Assembly: GCA_051294375.1 (NCBI GenBank)
Contig: CM119265.1
Coordinates: 9,992,339-10,056,152 of the forward strand
DNA: 63,814 nucleotides
Source: Paraspadella gotoi
Lineage: Eukaryota > Animalia > Chaetognatha
Direction of reading: 5' to 3'
In this document: positions 14,028 through 36,583 of the stretch, in pieces
Layout of the letters: each line of letters opens with the position of its first letter
Numbering within the stretch: the first letter of the stretch is position 1
The notes under the pieces: generated by a model
What the model saw: only the letters and a program-made list of their open reading frames with translations
The model's database searches: none
Told to the model about the DNA's origin: nothing
Program-made: the position numbers and the translations under genes

Positions 14028-16651
14028 ATCGAAGAGCCATCTGGCGGGATAACCCATCGGCGCGTCTTCGTTCTTTTTCGTCGTCGTCTTCAACCCTCTG
14101 CCGGTGCTGCCGGTGCTGCCTCTGGCGCCGACGCCTTCGGCGAAGATTCCTTTGACTTTCGCTCACCTTCCTCCGACAACGGCTCGTTCTCCGCCGCGCT
14201 GTTTGGTGTGGGAAAGAGAGGGGGAGAGAGAGGAGGAGGAGGAGCCCAAAGGGGGGGGAAGGGGAGAAGGGGAAGAAAGGAAAAGAGAAGGAAAAGCGAG
14301 AGGGGAGGGGAGAGGGGGAGAGAGAGAAGGAGAAAAGGGAAAAGGGAAGAAGGGAAGAAGGGGAGAAGAAAAGGGGGGGAAAAGCGGAGAGGGGACGGGA
14401 GAGGGGGAGAGAGAGAAGGAGAAAAGGGGAGCGCGAGAGGGGGGGAAAGAAAGAAAGCTTTGATTAGTGAAAACTTTTGCTCAGAGAAACTTCAAGATTT
14501 ACCTTAAAAACTCAAAAATGGTTCTTTTTGTTTATTTTCGTGTTTCGGAATTAGGATTTTTGGGCACACTAGTAATAAGTTTGTCGCAGTTTTCGCCGCT
14601 ACAAACATTGATTGATTAATTAGATCGAAATTCAAAAACGATCCTCGAATGAACGAAGACAAAGTTTCTTTTTTTTTTTTTTTCTTTGAGCGACTCTCTT
14701 CTTTTTCGGCCATTTTTTATTTGCTCCCTCTCCCTCTCACTCTCTCTCTCCCTTCTCTCCTCACTTTGACTGCTTCTTCTCGTAGTCTTCGTATATCTTA
14801 TCCCTCTTTGACGGAATGAGGATGATGACGAACTCCTTGGCCGAGTGTTTCCTCCGCTCGTAGCCGCGACGTCGATCCTCGCGATTCAGCTCAGCCACGG
14901 CGCAGCAGCAGAGGCAGAAGAAGAGCAGGACGAGGAAGCAGGCGCAGACAATGAGGACGATGGCCCAGGCGGGGAGAGAGGAACTCTCCCCCGGTGCAGA
15001 GTCGCTCCGAGAGCTGTCCGTATCGGTCTCGTAGTCAGCGTTGGGATTTTTGCCGTCGGATTCGACGGAGCTCTTGGCGATTAGGGAAGAAGAGGAGGAA
15101 GAGGAGGAGGATGAGGAGGATGAAGAAGAGGAGGAGGATGAAGAGGAGGACCTGTTGGTTATTGTGGGAGGTTGGGGGGGTGGAGGAATTGGAAAGATTT
15201 AGAGTGGATGGGTAGTTTGGATAGTGGCTGGTTAGAGTGGCTAGTTAGAAACCGGAGTCTTCAGTTTAGAAGAAAACTATGTAGGTCTCATATCTGATTA
15301 GTGATTAACGTCGAAAAGGATACGGCATTTTAAAATTGCTAGAAATATAAAAGAAGAGAAAAATAACAAAATTCTTTGTCGCTAAACTGGAAACTGTCTA
15401 AAAAATAAATATTTTTTTTCGTTTTTTTCATTCCAGAGTAAACATATTTTAATGATCTGTGCCTATTAAAAAGACTTCCATCTTCATCTGAGCAGCAAAG
15501 ATACTAAAGTTAAAGCGCACATGTCATAAAACTCAAACATTTTTACTCTGATATGAAACAAACGGGCGGATTCTACTGCCTCTCGAAACTTTGACTGAAC
15601 TGTAAAGGGGTTTAAAGTTCTCTTACTTAGAACTCTTTTTGCTATTATCCGCGGCGCGTACTTTTATCGCTTCGAATTTCTGTTTAAAAAAATGAATGGA
15701 TCAATCCTTGGTAGGTCTGTCTGTCTGTCTGTCCTTGGTAGGTCTGTCCGTCTCGTTCTGTCGGTCGAGCATTCAGTCTATTCCTCTATTCAGTCTCTTT
15801 TCCGACCTTGCAAGGGATCGTCCGCCCTCACCACCGTCATCTTCGCTGCAGCATCCTTGATTACCGTCGCGCCGAAATAAGCCTTGAGCTTGGCGGCCAA
15901 AGGTTCGGCCGGCAAAACCTTTAAGCCCGCGCCTAAGCGGAAGGGTTGAAGGAATATTACATTAAAATTTAAATGCATCTTGACGAAAAAGATATATTTT
16001 TTTAGAAATAGTAATAACTATAAAAAAATCTCGCAAAAGTTCAAGAAGCTAATCAAGCAAAATCTAAGTAAGAGACTAAACTGGAACCTGAAACACGGAG
16101 AGTATTACTTGTTTATGACCGTCGTTTAGATATAATAAATAAATATTATGCTTGACTATAATCCACCAACCGTTCATCAGCGGTCATTGGTGCCAGAGGC
16201 AAGTCATTCGCCTCCCAACCCAAAGGTCGCCTTGCAGTTAAGAGGGACGGGGCGCTTAACCCGCCTGTATCACGGTGTTACAGCCTTATCCGAAGCTCAG
16301 GGACTGCTTATATTGAACGGTTCAGTCACTAACACATAACACATAACTGTCTCTTCCATGTCTACTAATTTCATGTTTGTATTTAGAATTTTATTACCGA
16401 TGATGGTTAAAAAAATATTGACGAATTTAAATAACAAAAACAAAAGCGGTCTAAACTAAACTAAATTAAACTAAATTGGTCTAAACTCTAAACAACCATC
16501 AAGTTAAGACAGAAACTCTTGCAGGGTGAAATATCTTAATTTTTAACGGCTCACCTTCTTTCTGACGTGTTTTTCCGCCGGCGTCACCCTCGCCGCCGAC
16601 GATAACGCCGGCCAGCGCCGCTGCCAGCAGCAGCAAAGCGGCGACATTCAT
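8505..16651 (-). CDS. Single-pass type I membrane protein, long isoform (~1506 aa) with a very large acidic, low-complexity cytoplasmic tail. Exons 16651-16555, 15932-15832, 15679-15627, 15151-14765, 13510-13363, 13002-12957, 12784-12648, 12056-8505
   Basis: All introns are GT-AG with consistent phases (1,0,2,2,0,1,0). Signal peptide MNVAALLLLAAALAGVIVGGEG, poly-Ser stalk, TM helix AWAIVLIVCACFLVLLFFCLCCCAV followed by basic REDRRRGYERRK, and a 3.55-kb stop-free last exon (the 1178-aa ORF). Joining the last four exons to the TM exons is inferred from phase compatibility. Confidence 0.65.
10800..11300 (-). repeat. Coding tandem repeats in the acidic exon: 21-nt unit (EKREDDG-like, ~8 copies) and 12-nt unit (NEEM/NIEM-like)
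   Basis: Visible in both DNA (e.g. CCATCATCCTCCCTCTTTTCT units) and the ORF translation. Confidence 0.85.
12102..12278 (+). mobile_element. Dispersed repeat family X, medium-length copy
   Basis: Shares AGCCTGTCCAAAGTCAGGGGCAAGA...ATGGATAATTTTTATATTGGTTGTACCAATTTCAT with copies at 19081, 27138, 39246, 39381 and 42188(-). Confidence 0.8.
13110..13210. repeat. (TCGG)n microsatellite, intronic
   Basis: Direct reading. Confidence 0.95.
14090..16651 (-). CDS. Same membrane protein gene, short isoform (~248 aa) ending in exon 14198-14090 (NAAENEPLSEEGERKSKESSPKASAPEAAPAAPAEG*)
   Basis: CAG acceptor at 14201-14199 after a long pyrimidine tract, phase 2 matching the TM exon, TGA at 14092-14090, and downstream minus-strand AATAAA near 13840 and 13790. 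Confidence 0.7.
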
Positions 16652-17820
16652 AGCTTAATGACGATTTTCCCACGGCGTTTTACGCGCCGCTCCCGAAAAA
16701 AATATCGCTCTCCGATTATTAAGTACCGACAGAGGGGAAGAGGGCGGGGGTTAAAAAGAAATCAAACCATGTGTTTTTATTTTTAATTTAAATCTATGAT
16801 ACGTTTCCGGGCGTAGGTGAACAAAAAAACTCTCGCGATCAAAGTAAGACGCCGATTTAGCTTAAGCCTCTTGCCTGAGTTACGATTGTATTTCGTTGAA
16901 AAGTCTTGTTTTCTCGGCGATCGAGTTAGCGCGCGGGAATCGCAGCGCCGACCTCTGGATAGGAAGGATACGAACGGTTGTTTCTTGTGAGATCGAGGCT
17001 CGTAAATCGTTTCGCATCGTAACTTCCATCGGTCAGTCGGTCCCACCCTAAAATCTGGATGTCAATTATCAACTGCTTACCGCTAATGATCATGGACAGA
17101 TCCGGTATTTTTTACTCAAACTTGTTTGATATATTAAGATGATTTTAATATCCGACTATCACATAGTTTAAATAGTTAATGATAATAATTAATTTTTTTT
17201 TATTAAAATTGTATGAGGATTGCTCAGAATATCAAAGAAGCAAACCGTTGTATCGAAAAATCTTCAAATAGTCAATTACAGCTTTGTAAAATAAGAATAA
17301 AACTGAAAGAGACGACGCCGTAAAAAGTCAAAGTCATTTAAAGGTTAAACAAAAGTTCATTTTGTGTTAAGATTTCCATCTCGGGTTTCGAAGGTCTTTT
17401 TACTTTTACTATGATATGACGGATCACCGGTAATGTATAAATAGCATTCACTGTATTTCAGCTTCGACTAGAGAGAAAGACAGAGAGAGAGAGAGATATA
17501 TATATATATATAATGAAAATTTGCAAATTACTTGTTTCACTATTTTCTATTTTTATATTTTATGAAGGATTTAGTATTTAATTTATATTATTTAAATAAA
17601 TATATATTGCTTTCTTTTTTAAAAAAGTTTTATTTATCTAATAATTCAATTTGGGAAGGGGAAGTCAGTGTTGTCTTCTGGAAATAGAGGGAGCATCTAT
17701 ACAACACAAGGTTAGATTACTATCTGTCCTAGTTTTCTAATAGATATCAAACATCATTTCTGTTAGAAAGTCATTAATGAAAAATCATAATAAATCATAA
17801 TATATCATAATATATATATA

Positions 17821-17851
<31 letters not shown>

Positions 17852-18048
17852 TATCTTACTTTTACAGATGTCATATTCATTCACGTTGGCAAATGAACTT
17901 GACTGATTTTTATCGGGAGCCATTATTTGTATATATCAACAATAAAAACAACAAGAAAAAAACAAAACAAATAAACTTTTGTCCTAAGAAACAGTAAAAA
18001 AGAAAATGAAGAAAATTATTGAAGTGAAAAGATATGAAACTCAAAGAA

Positions 18049-18049
<1 letters not shown>

Positions 18050-18125
<76 letters not shown>

Positions 18126-18243
18126 CCTTTTATTCTTTCTTTCTTTATTATTTTTTCTGGCTTCTTTCTCAAGTTAGGCCGCGGTTGCGATTCTTCGAGA
18201 CTGTTTCCGGTGGAAAATTCGTTTTTTTTATTTCATTCTTTTT

Positions 18244-18339
<96 letters not shown>

Positions 18340-18340
18340 T
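18050..18340. repeat. (CT)n and (TTTC)n microsatellites
   Basis: Direct reading. These explain the spurious ORFs here. Confidence 0.95.
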
Positions 18341-18525
18341 TTTTCTATCATTTCCTTGTTTCCATTTTATCTTTTAGCGCCGTTCCGTCTCTCCCTCCTT
18401 TTCTTTCTTTTTTTTCTTATCTTACGGAGAAATAGACGCCATTTTTGTTTTTCACTTCTTTACTTTATCTCTTCTCTCATTTTTCCTTCTCCTCTTTGTT
18501 TTTTTGGTGAGTATTTTCCCGTTTC

Positions 18526-18593
<68 letters not shown>

Positions 18594-19046
18594 GAGGAGA
18601 GAGAGAGAGAGAAAGCATCAAGTTCAGACTACAGAATAAAGTCTTCTTAGGTGATACTTTGATCACCAAGTAAAGTCATTTGCTTGAGGGTGAGAAACTA
18701 ATCCAGATTGTAAGGAGAAACGGAGAGAAAACATTCATTAGGCGATGAAGGAATAAGCGTTGATACCGTTCGTGTAATTAAAGATACCAAAAAAAAAAGA
18801 AAAAAGTTGAAATTGTAATATTTTTTATCTTAGCTTGCCATAAAGAAAAAGAAAAGTTTTAAATTAAAATTATTTATTGAGAAAAAAATATTTCGAAATC
18901 TTCTGTTTTCTCAGTAAATAATTTTAATTTAAAATTTTCCTTTTTACTTATGGCAAGCAAAGACCCAAAATATAACAAATTCAAACTCCGAATCTTGCTA
19001 GAATGAGCTCTCTGAAAAACTACATAATAAAAAAGTTCGTTTAAGT

Positions 19047-19080
<34 letters not shown>

Positions 19081-19082
<2 letters not shown>

Positions 19083-19159
19083 CCTGTCCAAAGTCAGGGA
19101 CAAGATAGCTTATTTATTAAATGGATGGATAATTTTTATATTGGTTGTACCAATTTCAT
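19081..19159 (+). mobile_element. Dispersed repeat family X, short copy next to (TA)n
   Basis: Near-identical to the 3' ~80 bp of the 12102-12278 copy. Confidence 0.8.
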
Positions 19160-20481
19160 TCTAATAAAAAAAAAAGATTTTCTACTATTTGAGTTTAAAT
19201 TCAAAAAAGAAACGTTTGGAGACAGGAGACCTGGAGACAGGCAACTAGAAACGTGAATCAGATGATGCTGAATCTAAATGGGGTCGAAGCAGACGACGTG
19301 GGTGAAGACGAAGTATTACGCGAGCCAATCCCTTGCGGAACTTAGGGGAATATTTTTTTATAATAAGAATGGGTTTACTAAAAATATATGTTCCAAAATA
19401 AGGTTTCTCTCAATAATCTCCTTGATAAATTTTAAGGGGGACATATTAGTTAATAGAAAATATTCACTTTTGGTATACAATTTCAAGTAACTGTATATAC
19501 TGTCCCCGTATGGCCCGATGAAACGGAGGGTTTTTTGAACGGCGTAATACTTAGTGAAGATCGAAGGAGGAATCCTTCCCGTTAAAAGTCGTAAAGAAAC
19601 ATCAAAAGAGATTCGAGTCCCGCGCATAAAAGCCCCATTCNNNNNNNNNNNNNNNNNNNNNNNNNNNNNNNNNNNNNNNNNNNNNNNNNNNNNNNNNNNN
19701 NNNNNNNNNNNNNNNNNNNNNNNNNNNNNNNNNNNNNNNNNNNNNNNNNNNNNNNNNNNNNNNNNNNNNNNNNNNNNNNNNNNNNNNNNNNNNNNNNNNN
19801 NNNNNNNNNNNNNNNNNNNNNNNNNNNNNNNNNNNNNNNNNNNNNNNNNNNNNNNNNNNNNNNNNNNNNNNNNNNNNNNNNNNNNNNNNNNNNNNNNNNN
19901 NNNNNNNNNNNNNNNNNNNNNNNNNNNNNNNNNNNNNNNNNNNNNNNNNNNNNNNNNNCCGTGTCTGATTCTCAATTCAGATCAGCCTCGGTTCCGGTTC
20001 ATCATCGTCCGTCTCCTTCGCCGTCGCGTTGCCAAGTCTGATGGGGGATCATTACGTTGTTGTGACTGGCGTCGTCGTCGTCGTCGTCGTCGTTTCGGTG
20101 TCTGGTCCTCTGCTGTACTGTTGGCAGTCGTTTTTTGTCGTTGTTGTTGTCGTAAAGAATGATAAAGAGGCTAAGGAATCACGAAGTTGAAGGAGATTTA
20201 ACGAGGACGACAATAAAAACAATAAAAACAATAAAAACAAAAATAAAAACAATAAAATTAAAAAGGAAAATAATGTAGATACTAACGACAATGACGATAA
20301 CGACAACGACGACCACGACTTTGACGTTATCTTCGACGATGACAACGACAACGACAATGACAATAAGGTGAATGACAACAAGAAGGACTTGTGAATGTGA
20401 TGATGATGACGACCTTGACAAAGTAGACGGTACAACGACGACTACAATAACGACGATAAACTAAACAACATGATGACTATG

Positions 20482-20585
<104 letters not shown>

Positions 20586-20824
20586 ACAAACTGTACCTAT
20601 ACTTAACAATTGCGACGACCACCACGACGACCGCATTAACGACCAAGACGACGACGACGACGACGACGACGACAAAAGACGTCGATGGAACTTTGAACGG
20701 CGGCCGCTAATGAATCGCGACTCTTGAGATCCTTGAAGAAAATCTGCGGACGAGGGCGTCCGAATCGCTCCCATCATTTCGACATCATTTCCTCTCGTCT
20801 CGAGCATGATCGTCGTTGTCGTTA

Positions 20825-20864
<40 letters not shown>

Positions 20865-21890
20865 TCGCCTCATCGACCGTGTTGATCCAGGGATCCATAT
20901 CGAATTAGCGGCCGGAACCCATAAAAGATCGCGGCCATCTTCGTCGTTATCGTCGTNNNNNNNNNNGTCGTCGTCGGCTTCGGTTACGCGGATAAATCCA
21001 TGAGGATCGAGTCACATTCTTGGTATTCAACAGTTTAAACGTAAAAAAAAAACATTGTTATAATTAACTAATTAATTAATTAATTAATCATCGAAGCGGT
21101 TTTTTCGTTGCTACGGTTAGCACATTTATTTATCTTGGAAGTTTTTGGAGAACATAAATGTTATTATTTTATTTTTTTAAATTAACATTAACATTAACTT
21201 AATAACTATCTATTTTTCTTCTGAATCACGAGAAAAAACATCTTCTAGCGTCAAGATTTTTTTTTTTTCAATTTAAATTAACGACTGCACATAGTCAGGA
21301 TTGTAAATTCGATTTCCAAGATTAAAAACAGATGTTAATGTTTCAAAACGATCTTCTTCTTTCCAGCAAAACATCTGACTCGGTTTGAATTTGTTGTTGT
21401 TGTTGTTCCCGTTGTGGCCAATTTCTTGTCCTAAAGACTTTGATTGTCCAGATTCTAAATGGGAAACGAAAGGTCAATCCCCGTCGTTGAACCCGAGACT
21501 TTGTCACCCACAATTCAGCGCCGAATCCGACGAGGCCAAAGCGCGTCCGCTCGTCGTTCTTCTCATCGTCGTCTCGGGCGTCGCCGTCTCGTCCAAAGGC
21601 GGAGTTTACCTTGAAAATTGACCATTAATATTCATTCGCTGTAAGCAGAGAGAGCAGAGAGAGAGGAGATGGAGAGAGATGAGAGAGATGGAGAGAAGAG
21701 AGAGAGAAGAGAGAGAGATGAGAAGAGAGAGAGAGACAAAGGACAGAGAGAGAGAGAGAAGCTTCGCTTAATCAAGACGCCCCGTTTTTCTTTTTTTCAT
21801 AAATAAAAAAAAAGGCTGCGTTTTCATTATGGTTCGACCCGTTTCCCATTAGCTCCGGCTCGTCTCTCTCTCTCTCTCTCTCTCTTCTCT

Positions 21891-21940
<50 letters not shown>

Positions 21941-23725
21941 TAAGGGCCTCTTTCCCATATCACCTTTATTTCCTACGTCCTTTTTTAAAAGCGACGACGT
22001 TTCTCTCAAAGCAGAGAAAGGACTCCTTTCACGAGAAACGTTCCTTCATCTCGGCGGGAGAAGGCTCCCTGCCTCGGGAGAGTCTGAGCAGGACGGAGGG
22101 TCGTTCCCAAGTTCAGATATCCTCTGTGTGTCATCGTCAGAATATCCGCCATTGACCTACTATACCTTCTACAAGATCACCTTCCTCTGAAGAGAAGACC
22201 CTGTACTGTAGATGGAATGGTCCTGGCGGCTGTAGGAGCCTCTATCCTGCCTTCAAACAAGTTGAGAGTCATTGACCGCCAATACCATCAGGCGTCTCAT
22301 TGACTCAAGTAGGCAAACGGGACACATTAAAAAATGACATTCTCTGGCACGACAAAAAGTTACATCTAAAATATTGGTAGTCGCAGGATTGTACCCTCGT
22401 ATTATTGGGCCCATAAAATTGCGCCCCTAGGATTGCACAAACGTAGCATTGTGCCCACATACAATTGCACCCATAGTATTCCGCTAACTCCTCATTTCGG
22501 GCATCCTTCCTCCGCAGGTCTTTCATTTCTCAGAAATCCATTCACAAATCCGACCACGGCCCAGAGCATAGGGTTTCCATTAAGAACCATTCCATTTCCG
22601 GAAGAGCTTTCCAGTTGATCCAACCCTTGATTCCATCCATGCGGAGGAACCTTCTTTTTTGAGCCTTAAATCAAAATTGTACTAAGGGTCATCCAAGTAA
22701 CTTAAAAAGAATACACTCTTTAATAAAGCGTAGCAAAAATTATAAAGTAAAGAATGCCGTTAAATTTAAGATTAATTTTATTGGCGTAATATTGTTAATG
22801 ATTGACTTTTAGAATTTCACTGTCCTCTCCTCTCCAATCTTGTTTTTCTTTTCTTTGTCCTTCCTCCTGATTTCCCACCATTTTCATTCCTTTTCCTTCG
22901 AAACCTTTGTCCTCCCTCCATCTCTTTGTCTTTCCCCTCGTCAATTCTCCCCCAGCTCCGACCCTTCCTCCCTTTCGCCGTATTTGTCCTCATTTTTCTT
23001 TCCTGGGTTACACTCCTCCATTTCTTTCCTCCACTTCATTTTTTTCTTTTTTTTTCTTTTTTTTTCTTTCCTCTTCCTATTTCTTTCTTTCTTTNNNNNN
23101 NNNNNNNNNNNNNNNNNNNNNNNNNNNNNNNNNNNNNNNNNNNNNNNNNNNNNNNNNNNNNNNNNNNNNNNNNNNNNNNNNNNNNNNNNNNNNNNNNNNN
23201 NNNNNNNNNNNNNNNNNNNNNNNNNNNNNNNNNNNNNNNNNNNNNNNNNNNNNNNNNNNNNNNNNNNNNNNNNNNNNNNNNNNNNNNNNNNNNNNNNNNN
23301 NNNNNNNNNNNNNNNNNNNNNNNNNNNNNNNNNNNNNNNNNNNNNNNNNNNNNNNNNNNNNNNNNNNNNNNNNNNNNNNNNNNNNNNNNNNNNNNNNNNN
23401 NNNNNNNNNNNNNNNNNNNNNNNNNNNNNNNNNNNNNNNNNNNNNNNNNNNNNNNNNNNNNNNNNNNNNNNNNNNNNNNNNNNNNNNNNNNNNNNNNNNN
23501 NNNNNNNNCTCCTCCTTCGCCCCCTCCTCCTCATCTAATGAATCCCTTGCCATTCCATCGCCGGATATTTGTTATTCGTTATATACTTTTGGGAGAACAA
23601 AAGGACAAAAAAATGAATAAAACAACGAATTCTGGGGAATATTTTTTTTTAACAGCTTGAGTAAAAAAGAGATTTTAAAAGGGGAAAAAGGAAATAAAAA
23701 AAGGTATGTAGAGGAAAAAAAGAAA

Positions 23726-23757
<32 letters not shown>

Positions 23758-24611
23758 AGAAAGAAAAGCAAGTAAAGAAAGAAAAGAAAGAAAAGAAAGA
23801 AAGAAGAAAGAAAGAAAGAAAAGTAACAAAGAAAGAAAAGTAACAAAGAAAGAAAAGTAACAAAGAAAGAAAAGAAAAGAAACAAGCCATACATCCCGGT
23901 TCCAAAAAAAGACCCTTCCTCTTTTTTTCTCAGGACGTCTTCATCTTCTTCTTCTTCTTCTTCTTCTTCTTCTTCTTCTTCTTCTTCTTCTTCTTCTTCT
24001 TCTTCTTCTTCTTCTTCTTCTTCATCTTCTTCGAGGTCAAAATCCAACAAGTCTTTTGTTAAGAAAGAAAGAAAAAAGGCCCCATTCTTTCTCTCTCTCT
24101 CTCTCTCTTTCTTTTTTTAGAAATGAAATATATTTTATTACAATCTTCGTCATGTCTCTTTTTCTCTTTTTCTCTCTTTCGTCTTCATGCTTCATTATTC
24201 AGTCGAGTTTTCGAGGAAAACGAAGAAAAAACAGAAGAGAAAAAATAGACGGAGAACCAATTTCATTCTCGGACGTCGTCGTCGTCGTCGTTCGTCGTCG
24301 TTCGTCGTCGTCGTCGTCGTCGTCATCGTCGTTCCTTATCGAAGTTATTCATCTTTGTTGACTTTTGTCATCCTCTGTTATAATTACCGTCGACATCTAT
24401 CGGTCTTCGACATCGTAACTTGAAAATTATTTATTCATTTACTTAATCATCGAATTTTAAGTTTATTCTTTATTCATTCAGATTTTATTTAATTCATCTC
24501 ATCATTAATTCAGACATTCATTCATTAGTTCAGTCATTTATCTATCAATTCATCGTTCGTCGTTGTCATCTTCGTCATCATGATTGTCTTCGCCGTCGTT
24601 TGCTATAGTCT

Positions 24612-24865
24612 ATAGTATAGTATAGTATAGTATAGTATAGTATAGTATAGTATAGTATAGTATAGTATAGTATAGCATAGTATAGTATATTATAGTATAG
24701 TATAGTATAGTATAGACGTTGTTCGTCTTATTCGTCTTTGTCATTGTAGTAAGTTTCTTTTGTAGTCTTCATCATCATTATTGACTTTGTCGTCGTTTGC
24801 TTTTGTCTATAGTATTATATAGTATAGTTCATTATAGAATAGTATAGTATAGTATAGTATAGTAT
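24612..24865. repeat. (TATAG)n arrays within a local ~150-bp duplication
   Basis: Two TATAG arrays, each followed by ACGTTGTTCGTC...GTCTTTGTCATTGTAGTAAGTT. Confidence 0.85.
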
Positions 24866-25266
24866 ATACGTTGTTCGTCATATTTGTCTTTGTCATTGTA
24901 GTAAGTTGCTTTTGTAGTCTTCATTGTCGCAGGGCCACTCCATCGTCATCATCGTCATCTTCATCGTTGTCCTCATCTTCATTTTCGTCATCGTCGTCAT
25001 CGTCATCTTCATCGTCGTCGGTGCCGTCCGCGTCGTCGTCGTCGTCGTCGTCATCGTCGTTTTTTTTTCCATCGTGAAAGAAGCGTCGGGTTTTTTCGAA
25101 GTTCTAATGATAAATGATCGCGAGAAGCGAAGAAGAGAAGAACTGAACAAAGAAGCGAAAGGAAAGAAAAAGCGGAAAAGAGACTCGTCGTCCGCTTCTC
25201 TAATCGCGTCGGCGGCGCGAAACTCATTCGATCTTTCGTTTTTCAAACTCATAAATCTTCCGAAAT

Positions 25267-25376
<110 letters not shown>

Positions 25377-26997
25377 CAAACCGGTAGAAAATATTCCTTT
25401 GAATTCCCCTCTCGTTCTCTTACCAAGGCTGAGCAGATTACCGCCACTCTTAAAATTTACTTAAAAACTTACTTAAAAAAACTTACTCTTTATTCGATCA
25501 AAAGCCCCAAATTTTCACGATTTTACGCCGTTATTCTCTCTAACTTCACCGTAAATACCTGCTCACATCGCTATCACTCACGGCAAAGCTTCACTCAGAC
25601 CTTCACAACCAGTGTGACTCCTCTACCAACTACGACGAAATCTTGCATCCCATTCTTCCTTCCATTATCTAACCTTCATTCACTTAGTCCCTACAATAAA
25701 GGACGCATATCCCACACTATTCACTGTACCCCCTCCACGAGGATCACTCATCCAACTTCCTTCACGGCTACGGCCAATTTACCCGCTCATATGCGTCTCG
25801 TCTTTCTATTAAAATAAAAAAAATAAAAGAAGCAAATTCCGTTTTTTGATTAGGGAATTTCTGAGAAATCCGCCGCCCGTGAAAACGAGGGCCGTGAGTG
25901 GTAGGGCGGCGGTGAAAACGAGGGCTGTGATTGGTGGAGCGGCTTTAATAACAGGGTCGTGAGTAATGGCGCGGCGGTGAAAGTTGGTATGACGGGGCCT
26001 TGGCCAGAACGGAAGCGCATACGTGAAAAGAGATTTGTATGGGGATTGGGGATCGGAGACACAGATTAACTTTTCCGACAATACTCCAATTACCACGCAA
26101 ATGAAGATGCGTACATCTGTGTGATCCGGCTGAAAACATTTTGTTTCCAGTGAATGTATCCGTTTTCTATAGCCATTTAACTACATATAGATATTTATTA
26201 ATTTTCTAATCCGCTTTTGGAACGGCTGCTGAAAATTTTGCCAACCGAATTTGTCTATAGAATCCTCTTCTATTGCAACTGGCCGCAGAACTGAAATCTG
26301 GGAACCATTTGGGAGGAACTCTACCATGAGATGACGGGATGGAGTTGGAAATTCAAATTACGATTTTTAAGATGGAAAGGAGGAGAAAGGGGGAGGGAGA
26401 AAGAGGAATTGAAGAAAGGTTGGGAATGTGGGAAGGAAGAAAAGAGGGAAAGAGGATATGAAGAAGAAGATAGAAAAGAAAGTATTTGATAATGGAGATT
26501 GGAGGAAAATACAAGACAGGGAAAAAGGAAGCGAGGAAAGTTGAGGAAGGAAAATTTAAAATATGAGAGGGTAGGAAAAAGTAGAAAAAAGGAAGAAAGA
26601 AATATAAAAAAAAAGGAAAAACGTTGAAGAAAGGTTGAAGAAAAAAAAAGGAAAAGGGGGGGAAAATCGGGCCGAGATTTTTCCGCCAAGAATTTTGATT
26701 CGAGACGGAAAAAATATTTAAAGAATATCATTTACGAAGGAATATTTCATGATAAAATTCCAAAGAGTCGCTGAGTGCGTTTGGGAGTTCGTGTGCGAGT
26801 GCGAGTGAGTGTGCGTGGGCGAGTGAGTGTGCGTGCGAGTGGTCGTGCGAGTGCGAGTGCGAGTGCAAAAAAAAAACCATAAAACTGTAAAATATTTATT
26901 TTTTAATTATTACGATTACATTTTTTTTAAATAAAAAAAAGAATTTAGAAAAATAATAATTTTTTTTTTCCTCATTTCATTTCATTTCTCAATTCAG

Positions 26998-36082
<9,085 letters not shown>

Positions 36083-36342
36083 GGAGAGAGAGAAGGAGAG
36101 AGAGTGAGTGGAGAAAGATGGAGACGGAGACAACTCGCCATCTGTCGGCGGTTACTTACCTCTCTCTCTCTCTCTCTTTCGTTTTCCTGTGGCAACGGCG
36201 TAAAAAAAAAGTAAACAAAAAGTAAACAAAAAAACGGTTACTAAGCAACGGCGACAAACGAAGAAAAATAACAACAAAAGACTTAAAACTGCGGAAGATT
36301 TCTTCTCCTTTCTTCGCCGAGTTGTCGCAGAGGAAACAGTCT

Positions 36343-36385
<43 letters not shown>

Positions 36386-36514
36386 TCTCCCCTTCCCCCG
36401 TCAATTACGATGAAAGATCCAAGAAAAAAAACTAGGTTGTGGTTTTGTCCGCCCTCTCGTTTTCTGTCTACAAAAGAAAGGGAAAAACGAACTATATGTG
36501 TGTGTCTGTCTCTC

Positions 36515-36583
<69 letters not shown>

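Noticed and set aside
16160-16350. TTCATCAG (reverse CTGATGAA) near an ACATA-repeat tail, considered as a second hammerhead
   Set aside because: No stem II or GAAA box at a suitable distance.
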